Assembly (NCBI GenBank): GCA_973895155.1 | Contig: OZ316895.1 | Coordinates: forward strand, 16,596,170-16,660,169 | DNA from: Marsupella aquatica | Lineage: Eukaryota; Plantae; Marchantiophyta | Reading direction: 5' to 3' | DNA: 64,000 nucleotides | Shown here: piece by piece, positions 1 through 12,984 of the stretch | Numbering within the stretch: position 1 is the first letter of the stretch | Layout: every line of letters begins with the position of its first letter | Program-made: the position numbers and the translations under genes | The notes under the pieces: model-generated | Databases searched by the model: none | What the model was told of the DNA's origin: nothing | The model's input: the letters and a program-made list of their open reading frames with translations, nothing else

Positions 1-784
1 ATGCATATCAATTGACTAACTGAAACAAACCCAATAGATATGGAATTTCAGCCAAGCTTCAAAACTACACGACAGGATGGTGCTAAATCTGATGACATGA
101 TTGACCAGTGAAGAGATCACCATTCGTGATTCAGATATAGTTGTTCGGAAACTTTGTTGTTCATTGTATTTTTGAAACTAGGGCTTTAGTCCAAGTCTTG
201 GGGAGCTGTTATTGCCCACAATGCCCCTGAAACAAGGAGTTAGTACACTGTAATTTGCCCTCCGAGTAAAATCTGAACTTGCAAAAGAAGTGACAGAGAA
301 TAAAAAATAGTTTCTCATGCAAGTTAAAGATTTTACTTTCTTAATTTTTCTACAGCAAGAGATTTTACTTTCTTTACCAAGCTACAAGTAGAAGACAAAT
401 CTCAAAACTACTCTGCACCTGGAGTGATGCCTTTCATAATTTTTCTCCCTGGACTTTTCTGGGCATATGGAGAAGATGCTTGAGCCTGCGTTTTGAGTGG
501 CTATTATTGCCCATAATGATCTGGTAATAAGATGTTAATGCACTGAACGGCCTCAGAGATGTTTTTTGCTACAAAATAGATGAGAAATTTCATGATAGAT
601 GGGTAGAACCAAATAAATTCTGTGGATTCTTCTCCATTAATTTATAGGAAAATTGCAGGAATCTTGTGATGTTGTTGTTGTGCATGGGAGCAGAAGATGG
701 CGTTGATAATAGGTTGGGTGGGGTCAAGAGGTCAGTCGCCCACATGATGAGTTATGGTCTGAAGATGCGTGCATGGCACAATGT

Positions 785-932
785 TCCAGATAGCAAAAAT
801 ATTTCCCTTGTGTGCTCTCACCACATTTTCATTGCAACACTCGTGATCGTATGAAGATACGTGCTGGGCTCCAGATAGCAAAAAAATTTCTCTTGTGTGC
901 TCTCACCACATTTTCATTGCAACACTCGTGAT
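785..932. repeat. Near-tandem duplication of ~63 bp (period 85)
   Basis: TCCAGATAGCAAAAA.ATTTC.CTTGTGTGCTCTCACCACATTTTCATTGCAACACTCGTGAT at 785 and 870. Confidence 0.85.
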
Positions 933-1395
933 ATGTCTACCAATAATGAAGAAGGGTATATGAACATGCTAAGTCACGCTTGTATGTGAGTGCTGGTTTG
1001 GTGTGGTGGGACATATATGATATGTGTATCTAGATTACACTCTAAGAAGGAAAACGTGTACAAAGCACACACCCAGGGTGCTCCATGGGTACTGTAGTTT
1101 CCTCAACATTATAAGGGTGGCTTTACCAGACATGGGGCACTTGTGGCTTTTTCTACCAAAATTATAATCCCACTTCTTGTTCCAAACATAGACTCCAGGC
1201 CAAAGATGTACTAAATTTCAATAAATGCAAATTCCTGAATGGAGGCAAAGTTTGGAAATGATTGGATGGCCTTTGGAGGTGGTCTAAACTTGTAGACAAA
1301 AGAAGCACTCCAGAGCAGCATTTACTTGTGCCCACTGCTTGCTATGTATAGCTGGTATATGCCATATGGCCCCCAAGTTCGGGTCTGGATAACTG

Positions 1396-1515
1396 CACAT
1401 CAAAATATGACATATACTATGTATGACACTCCTACATACAGTGATAATACTAGTTTTTTCCTTTTAATCAATGAATGCAGCCACATTTTGATGTGTGATT
1501 ACCAACAGGGCAAGT
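1396..1515. repeat. Dispersed repeat with terminal inverted arms; second copy at ~16336-16452
   Basis: GCACATCAAAATATGACATATA..AGTGATAATACTAGTTTTTTCCTT..TCAATGAATG..ACATTTTGATGTG is present at both loci. Confidence 0.75.
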
Positions 1516-3329
1516 TCTTGTAAGGCCAACAACAGCACATGATGTTTCCTTGGGGCACACATTTCCAACATGCCCATGTCCACATTCATCATACTGATCC
1601 CTTATTAGTGTGGCTGTTCAAAATTAATGTTATCCGCACTGATTTGGGTGAGCAACAAAATAGCGTGAGGACCAGAGTTTCCTTTTGTATTTTGGGCGGG
1701 TGACACTTTTGGCAAGTTTCAAAGCCTCCACTTAGAATTTTGTTGACTTGGAGAGTCACCTTACGACCACTAGATTTATGTACTGTCAGATCTGAATTTT
1801 TTAAAAACATTTTTGCATCATTTGCAATCACTTTAATCTGGTAGCAAATGTGCAAAAATCTGCACCGAAAGGAAACACTCCTGAGGACCCTGGCCTACTC
1901 CATCCAAGAGCATCTATTGTCATCAGAGAGTCAGCCCGACATCCGAAATGAGAGGTCGGCTTCACGGTTTGCAAGCAGACAACCCTCAAGGGAGCTAATT
2001 TGGCAACAGTTGTCCCTCACCCTGTGGACCTCTGGAATTTAAAAACTGCCCGCATGTATGTATTTCAACCCACAGATTTTGAAAATTATTGTGGTGGGTG
2101 CCAATTTTCTATTGAATTACTATTTTTTGGGTGAACCTTATTAGGACTGCAGTTATAGAGCATCTTTCGAAGCAGCAGGGGAATTGGGCGACAGACTCTA
2201 TATAACGCAACCATTGTTGACTACAGCATATTCCTTCCTAAACATGGTGATTGTTGGTCATCATTGTGACTCATCCCGAAAGCTTTGGCTCAATAGTATC
2301 CTCCTTGTCCTGCCCAGGTCGGAGAGTTTTGGCTGTGTGTGCTTGCGATACGAATATCTGATGGCCCAGGGTTTCGGACCTTAGTACAGAATGATCTTTC
2401 TGACCTGTTCCAGAATTTCGAGGTTCCCTCAAAGATCAGTTGTGCGTGGGATATGAATACATGATAGCCCCAGTGTTTCGGACCTTCCTTGAGATTGATC
2501 TTTCTGACCTGTTCCAGTTCCAGAATTCCAGAATTCGAGGTTCCCTCAACTGATCTGTTGAGCTTCAGGACTCAGCTCCCAAGCATTATTGCCGTTCTTT
2601 GGATGTGAATAGACTGTCCTCGACGAGGATATAATTGCAATCCAAAGCTTTTCCCAGTAGACGACAGTGACTCTAGGGGCGTAACTCAGGAACTTCTATG
2701 TAAATGTGAATAGACTTCTATCTATAATTGTATAGATAGAAGACATTGATTCTCGGGGCATAACTGAAAATGTGGGAGCTAGGAAGAAAACAAGCACTTG
2801 AAAATGCGGGAACCGGAAGAAAACAAGGATTCAGAACAAGTCATTGATGATTGTGAGTCTGTTTTGCAAGGTTCCTCACTTTTATCTATGTTCGAAGAAC
2901 CTGTTCAGGCTAGTAAGTAAACATCTCAGTTATATAATGGTAAGGCTAGTATATACAACATCTCGTGCTAGCTGCTCTAAATTCTTGAAGGACTACGTCA
3001 AAAATAATGTTAATGCGAATCTTTTTTGCAAGGTCCTTTTCGTCCTTACCCCTATTTCCTTCCTGGTGGTAGGCTAGTATATATAACACCTCATGCCAGC
3101 TGCTCTAAAATCTTAAAAGGCTGAGTCAAGCAGTAATTTTGATGAGGTACCCAAATGTTTTACAATACGCTTTTGGCCGTGTTAACTAATGCCTATGTAC
3201 AGTGCATTCTATGGTTGTGTCTGCTGTCTAGCAGGGAGGGAAATGGGACCGCTTTGAAGGGCTTGCATTGACCCTTCAGTTCGCCATTTCTGCCTCCAGA
3301 GCAATGCTAAGACGGTATGTCTAATGCTC

Positions 3330-5110
3330 TTTTTTCTTTGGTGATGCGGAAGGAGTGGAGGAAAGAACGCAGACAGTGAAGGCGGGAGTTTGCTTTAGTT
3401 GAATTCCATGATTCCGCTTCTTCGTCATTCTGACAGTGTTGGGATTGCTTTGTGTCCTGGATGTAGCACTCTCTACTAAGAGATAAACAGCAAAGAAAGC
3501 TATTTGCCTACTGACTTTGATAGCCATAACCAACGGCTAAACTGTATTCCAAGGTCAGAATCAGGACATAACAGGGGGGGCACTACGCTACAATAGATGC
3601 ACTGTGTTGGGCTGCTTTCCTCATTGATGCTTCAATGTCCGCAGACTGTATCTTTCCCACTCAAAGTTCTCACGCAACCAAGAACAACTACGAGAGCTAC
3701 TATCAATAAATGAGTACTGTCCCAGCAGCATTGGTAACGCTTTTAAGGTGAAGCCCACGATGCTCCAAGCATGGGCAAACTGCTTCTTAAACGTCGGAAC
3801 GAACCCAACATCTTGATGAAGTCAGAAAGTTCCCGACAAAGATATTCCGCCCTGCGCTAAGGCAAGTCATGAATAGGAGCCAAGACGTTAGGCATTCTCG
3901 GTGTGTCCACAGGAGACCACTCGTAGAATACGTTGTCACAAGTTGAATGAAGAAAACATCAAACCATGTAACACGTACCCAGCCCTCACTAAATCCTTAA
4001 TGTTGGTCATCATGGTTGCAATTGCTACCAGATGTTTAGAGCGTGAATGTGAACCATGTCCCGCTCCACAGCATGGGATGTACCTGCTTTTTGAAATCAA
4101 AACCTGATTTTCTTTTTGAGGCACAGACAATTATATACAATCTTCCTAGTGTTCGAGGCAAACTGCTCCTCCAGCAATAACCAGCATCCTCGCCATCTCC
4201 CTTTTTGAAGAGGTTGACAATGATACCCTGCCTCGACTTGGGTTCTTCAACATCCTCTTTGAAAGCCACTTGTTGTAGACCACATCAATGATTGTTCACA
4301 GAACAGACTCCGCAAACCTGGAGTTTCACTACACTCAAGCATAATTGCATCCCAGCTTCTTTGAAGACTCCGTAGAAATCTTTCATGTTCAGATTGAAGA
4401 CATTTAACTGGTCCCATCCACAGCATCTCGCTGAACAAATCCCTCACGTTAGAGCTTAGGTTCTAAACTAGACTCCCGAACTCCTTCAAGTTTTCACCGT
4501 ACCTTCAGTAGAAAATAAACAACTTTAGTCAAATAATTACCCTGATCCATAGCTCTCTGAGAGATGCCCTTTCTCAACTGATTGCAACCTTTCGGAGAGC
4601 TTCGGAGTTCCACTGTGTCGTCCCAAACTGTCCTGCTGCTCCTAATGATGAACTTAGCCACACATCTCCGAACATCTTTCCAGCCGTAGAGAAATATACC
4701 AATTGTTGCAATAAAGCACTTGAAGCTTGAGCGTAACGGACTGACGATAAATACCAAAGTATGCCCTGAAGCTGAGACCGGACTCTCAGTATAATATTCT
4801 CTGTGTCCTCCACTTTCAAACTATAGGGAATCCTGTTCATGGGCTTAACTGACTCCATCATGATCCTGGCCAGCTTACCCAACCCAGCCGTGGATCCAAG
4901 GAGCGCTCCAAGTGCATCGTCCATGAGCATTCCTATGGTAAGAAAGTACCTCCTCACCCACCAGAACATAGTCCATAATAGACTTCGCCTTCTCGGACTC
5001 AGCTCATTTCCAAATCACAGTAGCTTGGTGATTCAATACTCGCAGGAAGGTGGTGCTCTCCTAAACGTTATACGTAACAAGTGCCGCGTGTGTTGATTCC
5101 CTCTTCCCTG
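3330..5110 (-). pseudogene. Highly degenerate LINE (RTE/L2-like) reverse-transcriptase remnant
   Basis: Fragment RQGIIVNLFKKGDGEDAGY (4036-4269 ORF) resembles the LINE RT motif IVxLFKKGDxxDPxNYR. It is followed by FTL-like and LGIQFS-like remnants across many stops and frameshifts. Boundaries are approximate. Confidence 0.5.
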
Positions 5111-5633
5111 AATAATCACTTGCGTCTGCAATCTTGCTTTTGACAACGATTACGAAAGTCGCACCACAGTACCAGATAACCCTTGGACAAAACAAGCATA
5201 ACCCTTGGAAATTAAGCGTAGTTAGACAAAACTAGAAGCACGGAAAAAGTAGGAGGAGATTCACAAGTTGAGTGCATCTGCATTGAAAGTCCACAAACCT
5301 CCCCTTGCATGGTGCAAATTTACTCTCTTTCAATCGACTTCCTAAAAAAATGCGACAGCAGCTTGCAATTGAGAACCAAGAAAGTCTTCTACAGGCTTAG
5401 GGAGGAGCCTCGAGAATTATGAAAGTGGCCCTCTACAATATAGAACTTTTCGCAGGTAAATCAAAAGCAAGGTGATAGGCCAAGGATCTGCCCGATGAGG
5501 GAACAATGTGAAAATTCATCTCCCCGATAGCGTCGTGGAAAACTCAATATTCAAGAGGAATGGACCGAAGCCAATAAATAAAGATAGAGCTCCAGTTGTG
5601 CTAGAATATATCATACCCGAAATTGGGCACCTC

Positions 5634-6473
5634 TCATTGAGCATACTGATAGCTGTATTCGTTAATTCCTAACATGGCGCTTACGGTGAGGCCTACTAAA
5701 TATATTGAACCTGTCACAACAACTATCACCAAAACTGCGGTCAATGGGTTACTCAAGGCATCTACAATAGGCTTCACCAATTGGTATATCCCCCCTGTCA
5801 CGACAGTAACAAAGTACAAACCATATCGCCTCATATTGTCCCAAAACTCTTCCAGCAAAGGACCCTCTGGCCCCATCGCTAAAGCTCTCATATCCACATC
5901 CAAGCCTCCATTACTATTAATGTGATTCGTTGCCGCCTCCGCATCGCCAACATTGGTCAGACAGCCTACACCCACACCCATGAGCAATATAGCAAGAAAT
6001 GCAAACTTTCCAACATGTCCCTGAACAAGAGTGTCAAGTTCAAATCTCCACTCCTTCACAGCTGCGTCATCGACAACCGCAGATTCTCCCTCTCCCTTCC
6101 ATTCCGAACTGTCTGCTCTGTCTTTGAACCCTGCTGCTGAACTTGTCATGGCAACGAAATCCTCCTCTATGGTCCTGGCAGCGGCAACTTCGCCAGCGAG
6201 ACAGCGCGCCGAAGGGGAGGAGGCAATAGCCAAAGTCTGTCCCCTGGAAGCAGTTCTCTTCCTCCCCATTCCAGCAATGTCAGACCTCTTCGGCTGGGTC
6301 ATCATCGAAGTGACATTAACTCCATGGCTTGCTGTCTGCATTCGACATATGGGCGACCAAACTACTCGCTGCTGCATCATTCTCTCACAGAGAAATCCCG
6401 TCGTGGGCGACATCGTTCCACTGCTCTTCTGCAACAGCTGCAGGTAGGTGCACCCAAGACCGAGTGTCGCCAT
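5634..6473 (-). CDS. ycf33: Nuclear-encoded chloroplast Ycf33 (DUF751) family protein, intronless
   Basis: C-terminus GPEGPLLEEFWDNMRRYGLYFVTVVTGGIYQLVKPIVDALSNPLTAVLVIVVV...SAMLGINEYSYQY is the plant Ycf33 signature. The N-terminus (MATLGLG...) is S/T/R-rich and transit-peptide-like. ATG at 6473 gives 279 aa; an in-frame upstream ATG at 6563 is an alternative start. Confidence 0.88.
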   Translation of the reverse strand: MATLGLGCTYLQLLQKSSGTMSPTTGFLCERMMQQRVVWSPICRMQTASHGVNVTSMMTQPKRSDIAGMGRKRTASRGQTLAIASSPSARCLAGEVAAARTIEEDFVAMTSSAAGFKDRADSSEWKGEGESAVVDDAAVKEWRFELDTLVQGHVGKFAFLAILLMGVGVGCLTNVGDAEAATNHINSNGGLDVDMRALAMGPEGPLLEEFWDNMRRYGLYFVTVVTGGIYQLVKPIVDALSNPLTAVLVIVVVTGSIYLVGLTVSAMLGINEYSYQYAQ

Positions 6474-7396
6474 GCTTGATGAGCTCTGCCTCTGCTCTCT
6501 TTCTCTCTCTCTATAGCTCTTTGGATACGTGGGGACGGGTTCTAACCAGGAATTCTGCCTCATCCCTTTGATATTTTATTTTATTTATAATAAAAAAACT
6601 ACGGTAGTCAAAATTAAGTGTACTAAACATACGCCGTATCAAACACCTAGTTCAGAGTACGTCTGTATACAATACGTACTTTGGACAAATTATGGCTTGG
6701 CTTGGATTTGATCCACGTGGGACCAGGATAGCCCCGTAGATCAGAACACTGGTCACACGGTTCCCCGCACGATTAGGCACCGCTCCAATGGCAGCTACCC
6801 TAAACTGACTTGTCTCCTCCAAATCCCCGTCCATCTTCACATTCAACACCACTAGGTAACACTGCACATTTATCTTTGTTTACAACAGATGAACGTCCTT
6901 CACATAAAATTCCTCGATCAACCACATGCTGTAGACAGTCGGTGCCCTCTTGTGCCCCACGAGTTCTTGACACGACGTCAAGCATCGACGTTACTCTTAC
7001 AGTAGCTGCGCAGCACATGGCTCGTGCTACCTAGGTACGCCCTCAGTCAATCTATTATTGTGCATGCCTATCTCTTTTTTACTAAATGTTAGATGATGTT
7101 GCTAGTCTAATGTTGGCTTATGTCTCGATTCCCTTTAGGGCACTGTGGTAGCAGAAACACAAGGCCCTGCACATCGCGTCTATTCCCACCCCAAGGACGG
7201 GGGCTCTGGGGTGTAGAATCTATCATCTACACTGTGACACTAGTTGATGGTACACATCAGGAAGTCTGTCCAGCTTTTTATGATGGGACTACTGTTCTGG
7301 CATCTTGGATTAATAACTGAATGGGATATATAGGAAGCCTACTAGTAGTGATTGCATCTTGGTACTGACATTGTAACTTGATATGTTTGCTTATCT

Positions 7397-10300
7397 GGAA
7401 TTACTCCTCGACACTTAACCAATCATTTTTTCTTCAATTTCCACCGTTCTCACTTTCAATTAGCTTTAGGGTCCTGTAGCAGTTCCTCGTTCACGGAATC
7501 CGGCATTCTCATGTGATTTGGCCAGCTCTTGTCCGGGAGTGCAACATCTATCCCTACCGCGGTCCTTTTGGTGACATATCAACCACTTTCGGCTCCGATT
7601 ACGATTCTGATTTACTCCTCCATTTTTGGTGACGGTTTCCCTTGATCAGCTTTGGAGCATTCTTGTCTTGCCACGTTTCTCCTCCGATTGGTGGTTGCCT
7701 TTCTTCTTCAGTTCTGACAAGGTGGTTTTTGCCAAGTTTAGTGGACCAGTTTGCATTCCACCATCTTTGGGAGCTGTAGCAGCACGCTCAAATCAGCGGA
7801 GAGATATTCACTCGCATCGACTCCTCAATGGACACATCGACGAGAGCTCCAGCTTTGTTCCCGGCTGTGCCTGCACGTGCTCAACGGTTTTCTAGGCTAG
7901 CGGGGGCGCCGCTTCTCGGATTTTGACGCGGTGGGCTCTCTCCATAGCCTTCCCTTTCTTTTCACATGTCTTGGTTGGGCCTTTTGTCGCTTCTTGATGC
8001 GCTTTTGCTTTTATCGGGTTGCGACCTGTCATGTCTACGTTGAGAGTGTTGGCGCGGGGCAAGCGCCCAGCCCCCCCACACAGTTCTCCCCCCTCCTCCC
8101 CCCCGCCTCGTGGTCGCCTTCGTGTTTGCTCTTCTTCATTGGATCTCTCTCATCTTCGTGATGACCTCATGCCCGATGTTTTGCCAGTCCCCCCAGTCTA
8201 CTGCCCACCCCATCGACGCCCTGGCTCCTCTCCCCAGCCCATTCCCCCTCCACCCCTCCAGCATCCCCCTCCGGCCTCTTCATCCACGTCGGTTCCCCCC
8301 CCACCTCCTGTCTAGTCGTTCCCTGCTCCCTCCCCAGACGAGCGTCCCCTGCATACTTGTCCTGAGTGTGGCTGGGTTGGCCTCTCCCTTCCTCATCACC
8401 GCGGGCGGGGCCGGTGCCAACGTCGCCAGCAAGCCCAATCCCAGCCCCAGCCCCCTCTTGACCCAGTTAGCTCTGCCCCTCCTTCCTTGGAGGCTTCCGA
8501 GCAGACATGGAGTTGGGTTCGCTCTCTAGACCCCCTTCCAGCCTACCATCCAGGGTACATTAGACCTCGCCTTTATAACCACATCCCACTAGCGTTGCGC
8601 CCATTAGTTCGGTCATCCTTGTTGCAACTCATGCAGCTTATCTTGGCGCATCCTATCGAGGTCTCCTATTGGTCTTTACTCATGCTTTTTCCACAGTGGA
8701 CTCTTACCCTCCCTAGTCACGGTGGTCGCGTGGGTCATCGTGAGACTGCCTCTCGTATCCATCGTTTTCTGCGGGGAGATTGGGAACAGCTTCAGGAAGA
8801 GTACTTTCTTCGAGCCCGTTCCTTTACTACCCGTGCTTTGTCTGACCCAGCTCGCCACTCTCATCCTCCAGAGCACAGACGCCTTCATCGCTCTTGTTGT
8901 TTGGCCCAGGCTGGTGAATATCGTCGTGCGGTCCAGGCCCTTTCTCCCACCACACCAGCCCCCCCTGGCGAGGTCACCTTGACGGCCCTTCAGGATCTCC
9001 ATCTGCAGCCCTATGATCAGCTCCCTTTGTTCGTGGAGGATTTTGAGCCTGAGGAGGATCTTCAGTTTAGTAGGGACCACTTCACCTATGCTTTCCTCCA
9101 TGCTCCGCGTTGCGCGGCTGGTGGCCCCTCTGGCTATGTCTTTGAGCATTTTCGTGATTTATTCCCCCCTGAGGATCCTCAGTCTGGTTTTCCAGTTTTC
9201 TTCTCCTTTTGCCAGTGTATTGCTGCCGGCCGTTTGCCTCCTCCCGTCTCTCGGCTTTTGAATGCTTCTCGTTTATTGGCCATGGCTAAGTCTTCACCGG
9301 GTGTTCGGCCCATAGCTATTGGAGAGGTTTTTCTTCGTCTGGTGTCTCGCGCACTTTCATCGCAGTATCGCTCTGCACTATCGGATCATCTCTCTCCACA
9401 TCAGTTTGCAGTGGGCGTTCCTAGCGGTTGTGAGACAATTATTGCGGGTATTCGTACTACCTTGGACCTCCACCCTGATTGGGTTGTCCTCCAGGTTGAT
9501 GTCTCCAATGCTTTCAATACGGTTTCTCGGGCAGCAATTTTTTGTGCTTTGAGGGCAGCGGATCCAGACATCCAGTCCCTTATCCCCTTTGTCCGTTGTT
9601 TTTATGGGTGTGAGGCCCCCCTCTTCTATAGTCATCACACCTCTACAGGAGTGTATACCACTCTTTCTTCTGCAGAAGGTACACGTCAGGGTGACCCTTT
9701 GGGTGGGCCTCTTTTTGCCATTGCCCATTTTACTTCTTTACGAGCAGCCTCCGCGGACCACCCCCAGTGTATCTTCCCCTCCCTTTCAGATGACACCCAC
9801 ATCATTGGTCCACCTTTTGCTGTTACTTCTGCCCTCGCCACCCTTTCCACCCATTTGTTGGGCCTCGGTTTACGAGTACAGCCGGTGAAGAGTCGTGCAT
9901 GGAGTCCAGCTGGGTTACCCTCTGATCTTGCGCTTCCCCCTGGGTTCTTATGTCCTGCCGACGGTCTTCGGGTCCTTGGCTCCCCAGTCGGTACCGCCTC
10001 CTTTTGCTCATCTTTCATTGCTGACGCTCTCCAGGCTGCCTTAGCCCCTACTCCTATGCTCCCTAAGTTAGCAGACTCTCAGGCAGCATTTGGGTTGTTA
10101 TTGAGATGCATCCACCCTCGTGCGTCCTATTTGGCTCGGACACATCCCCCTACCGAGGATCTTTCTCTACACCTCCGAGTGTTTGATGTCTCCATTCGTG
10201 AGACTTTGGCCTCTCTTTTAGGGCCAGGTACTTTACTCTCATCTCCGTGGCTTCATCGACAGCTCAGTCTTCCTATTTCTCACGGTGGTTTTGGGCTTAC

Positions 10301-11687
10301 TTCCACTGAGCGCCTTGCACCTTTGGCCTTCTTGGGCGTGTGGGCAGCCGCCTTCTCATTGTTGGCAGATTATTTCCTTACTGAGGATCGACCTTTTTTA
10401 CTTTCATCTCTCATGGAGGTCGAGGAGGGTTCCCTCCCATTTCAGGTTCATTTGCGCACGGCTCGGTCATCATTACCCGATCCTATTCGAGCTGCGTTAC
10501 CTTCATTCCAGGAGTTTTTATCCTTGGACCCCGTCCGTCTTCAGGCAGACCTTGCTGGGCGTATGCACGCTTTCACCCTCTCCAGCATCCTCACCGAGGC
10601 ACCTGACACGGACCGAGCTCGGATTCTTTCTTCCGGAGGAAGGGCGCAGGAGGCTGGCTTCAGGCCAATCCAGTCATTCCTCACCTGCGGATGTCTTCAG
10701 CGGAGTTTGCGACAACCATGCGTCTTCGTATGGGCTTGCCCCACCCACTTCTTGCTGGTTTACCTCCTACTTGCACTTGTGGGAAGCCTTGTGATGCCAC
10801 AGGTGTCCATCTTCTTTGATGCAGTTTGGGCGGCGAAACCATTTTTGTTCACGACGCTGTGAGAGATGCGACTGCTCAGGTTCTCTCTGGCTCTTTGGTC
10901 TGCGCGCGGCGGGAGGTGGTGCTCGAGTTACCTGGTCCTCCATCACATCGGTTACGGGTGGATCTTACCATGGTCCGTGACGGTCACCGTACTTTGGCAG
11001 ATGTAGTGGTGGCAAACCCATTGCGCCAAGACATCATTGGGACAGCGGCAACAACGGCAGGGGCAGCAACATCACGAGCAGCACAAACGAAGGAGGCCAA
11101 ATATGCTGCACGAGCTTCATTTGATAGCTTCCTGCCCCTTGCTCTTGAGATATTTGGGCGTCTCCATCATCAGTTCGACGGGCTTCTTCGCCAAGCTGCT
11201 CGGGATGTTCACGGCCGGATGGGTCCCACCGGGCCCCCGCTATCTGTTTTGACCACGCACTTTCGCCAACGCATTTCAGTCACCTTACAGCGTGCTCAAG
11301 CTCGGGCCGTCTATCGTGGATCTCTGACAGTGGGTGCTAGTGTGACTCCGCAGCGGCTAGCCCCCCTAGAGGACATTCCTGTCCCACTTGCCGATCTAGT
11401 TTCGACACTTGATGTAGACCACTAGCTTGTAGCCACGTTTGCTAGGTATGATGAGGACCTCGGTCCATTTGCGGTAGTTTTAGTTACTCTTTCTTGGTTT
11501 TTAGGGGTTTCCTTTTGCTCACTTCTTTTAGTTCTTCTTTCTTGGTTTTTAGGGTTTCCTTTTGCTCACTTCTTTTGCGTTTGGTTTTGTCCACTTGGGA
11601 CCTCTCTTGTTTATTCTTTTGTACTCTATTTGGCCTTTTTCTGTATAAAGTATGTGTATATTCTCAATCATTTCCTAGCTTGTTAGA
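7397..11687 (+). mobile_element. Apparently full-length CRE-like non-LTR retrotransposon (RT + CCHC + restriction-like endonuclease) with 19-bp TSD
   Basis: Perfect direct repeat TTGATATGTTTGCTTATCT at 7378-7396 and 11688-11706 brackets the element. It has a single-ORF layout with RT and RLE motifs, pyrimidine-rich UTRs and no poly(A) tail. Confidence 0.88.
8031..11425 (+). pseudogene. ORF of the CRE-like element, disrupted by two stops and one frameshift
   Basis: Pro-rich N-terminus and CPECG..HH..C finger (~8358-8418). RT motifs RPIAIGEVFLRL, HQFAVG, QVDVSNAFNTVSR, GTRQGDPLG, LSDD, LRVLGSPVG, GGFGL. After a frameshift near 10640: GAGGWL..LRMGLP..CTCGKPCDATGVHLL*C, then RLE motifs HDAVRD, RVD, LADVVV, KEAKY, PLALEIFG, RISVTLQRAQA. 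In-frame stops are TAG 8313-8315 and TGA 10817-10819. Confidence 0.88.
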
Positions 11688-12024
11688 TTGATATGTTTGC
11701 TTATCTTGAACTAGCCCCAACCACCCCTTCTTTGAACATGAATGGGAACACAATAAAAATATCACCAAAAATATTTTTTATTCATATTGTTTGAAGGTTA
11801 ATGAAATGATTTTTAAAAATATCATAATTTATTTAATAATCATTATAACATACCATATTCTTGTCTATGTAGATCTTTTTTTCTATGCACATATGTTATG
11901 GTGACCATAAAATTAATTTTTTTAATGTAAATAAAAATCATGACAAGAAACATATATGTTTATTATTTGACATACATCATAGTCATGAGTTTTCTCATTC
12001 ACATATGAGTCATAAAATTATCAT

Positions 12025-12252
12025 CTAGGGACTTCACTTCAGAAGTCTAGATCCAAACTCTAGCTTGTAATTGGCGCTTTATAAATAAGAGTACTAGGGA
12101 TTTCACTTTAGAAGCCTAGGCCTCAATTTTAGCTTGTAATTGGCACTTTATAAGTAAGATGACTTCTCAAGAGTACTAGGGATTTCACTTTAGAAGCCTA
12201 GGTCTCAATTTTAGCTTGTAATTGGCACTTTATAAGTAAGATGACTTCTCAA
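12025..12252. repeat. Tandem repeat, ~82-bp unit, 2 near-identical copies plus 1 diverged partial copy
   Basis: GTACTAGGGATTTCACTTTAGAAGCCTAGG...GATGACTTCTCAA starts at 12091 and 12173; a diverged copy begins near 12025. Confidence 0.85.
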
Positions 12253-12984
12253 CACGTAACCAAACATTTCCCAGCTTGTTAGATACACTAGCTTACACTA
12301 TAATAACATGAGAATGTTCTAATATCTGATTCCATGACTTTTCCTGTTAATGTATTTATTGACATGGCCTTTATGTGCTGGCTAGACATTTGTCTAACTA
12401 AGGATAAGTATCTGACAACATGTGTGTATTAAGAGTTGAATACATGATTGACTCCGAATGTCATGATCTACATATTATAGATAAGTTCACAACAATAAAA
12501 ACTCTATATTGTCATGACTGTCTTTTTGTGGTGCAACTTAGTCCAGACTTAACAATGGCCTTGAATGGGTGTTACCTTATCTCTCTCAAATCTTAAGAGA
12601 GACATGAAAGCTGGGAGAAAATAAGGGTGGCATGCTTTTATGCACGGCACACATACTCTGGCATGGATACTTTTGTTCAATGACAAATGTCATATATGGT
12701 AAATATGTATGTGAGGCGGCTCTAATGACACCTAGACAAATGCAGAGTGAGGGGCGACAACCTCTGTCCATGGGACTCGGGTATGTCTCCCATAAACAAC
12801 AGTGAATACCACCAAACTAAGCTTAGGTCACTAGATGTAGGGTTCCACGCGATACCTAAAAAAATTGAAACAGCACTGCTATCCTTATGCCCCAGGCGCT
12901 GCTATCCTTATGCTGCTATCCTTATGCCCCTATCGCAAAGTTACAGATGACTGAATCATAGTCCATAACTTTTTGCCATTAGCA

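Noticed and set aside
12296-12533. Possible CACTA mini-element (CACTATAATAA ... TTTTTGTGGTG)
   Set aside because: The TIR match is weak and there is no 3-bp TSD.
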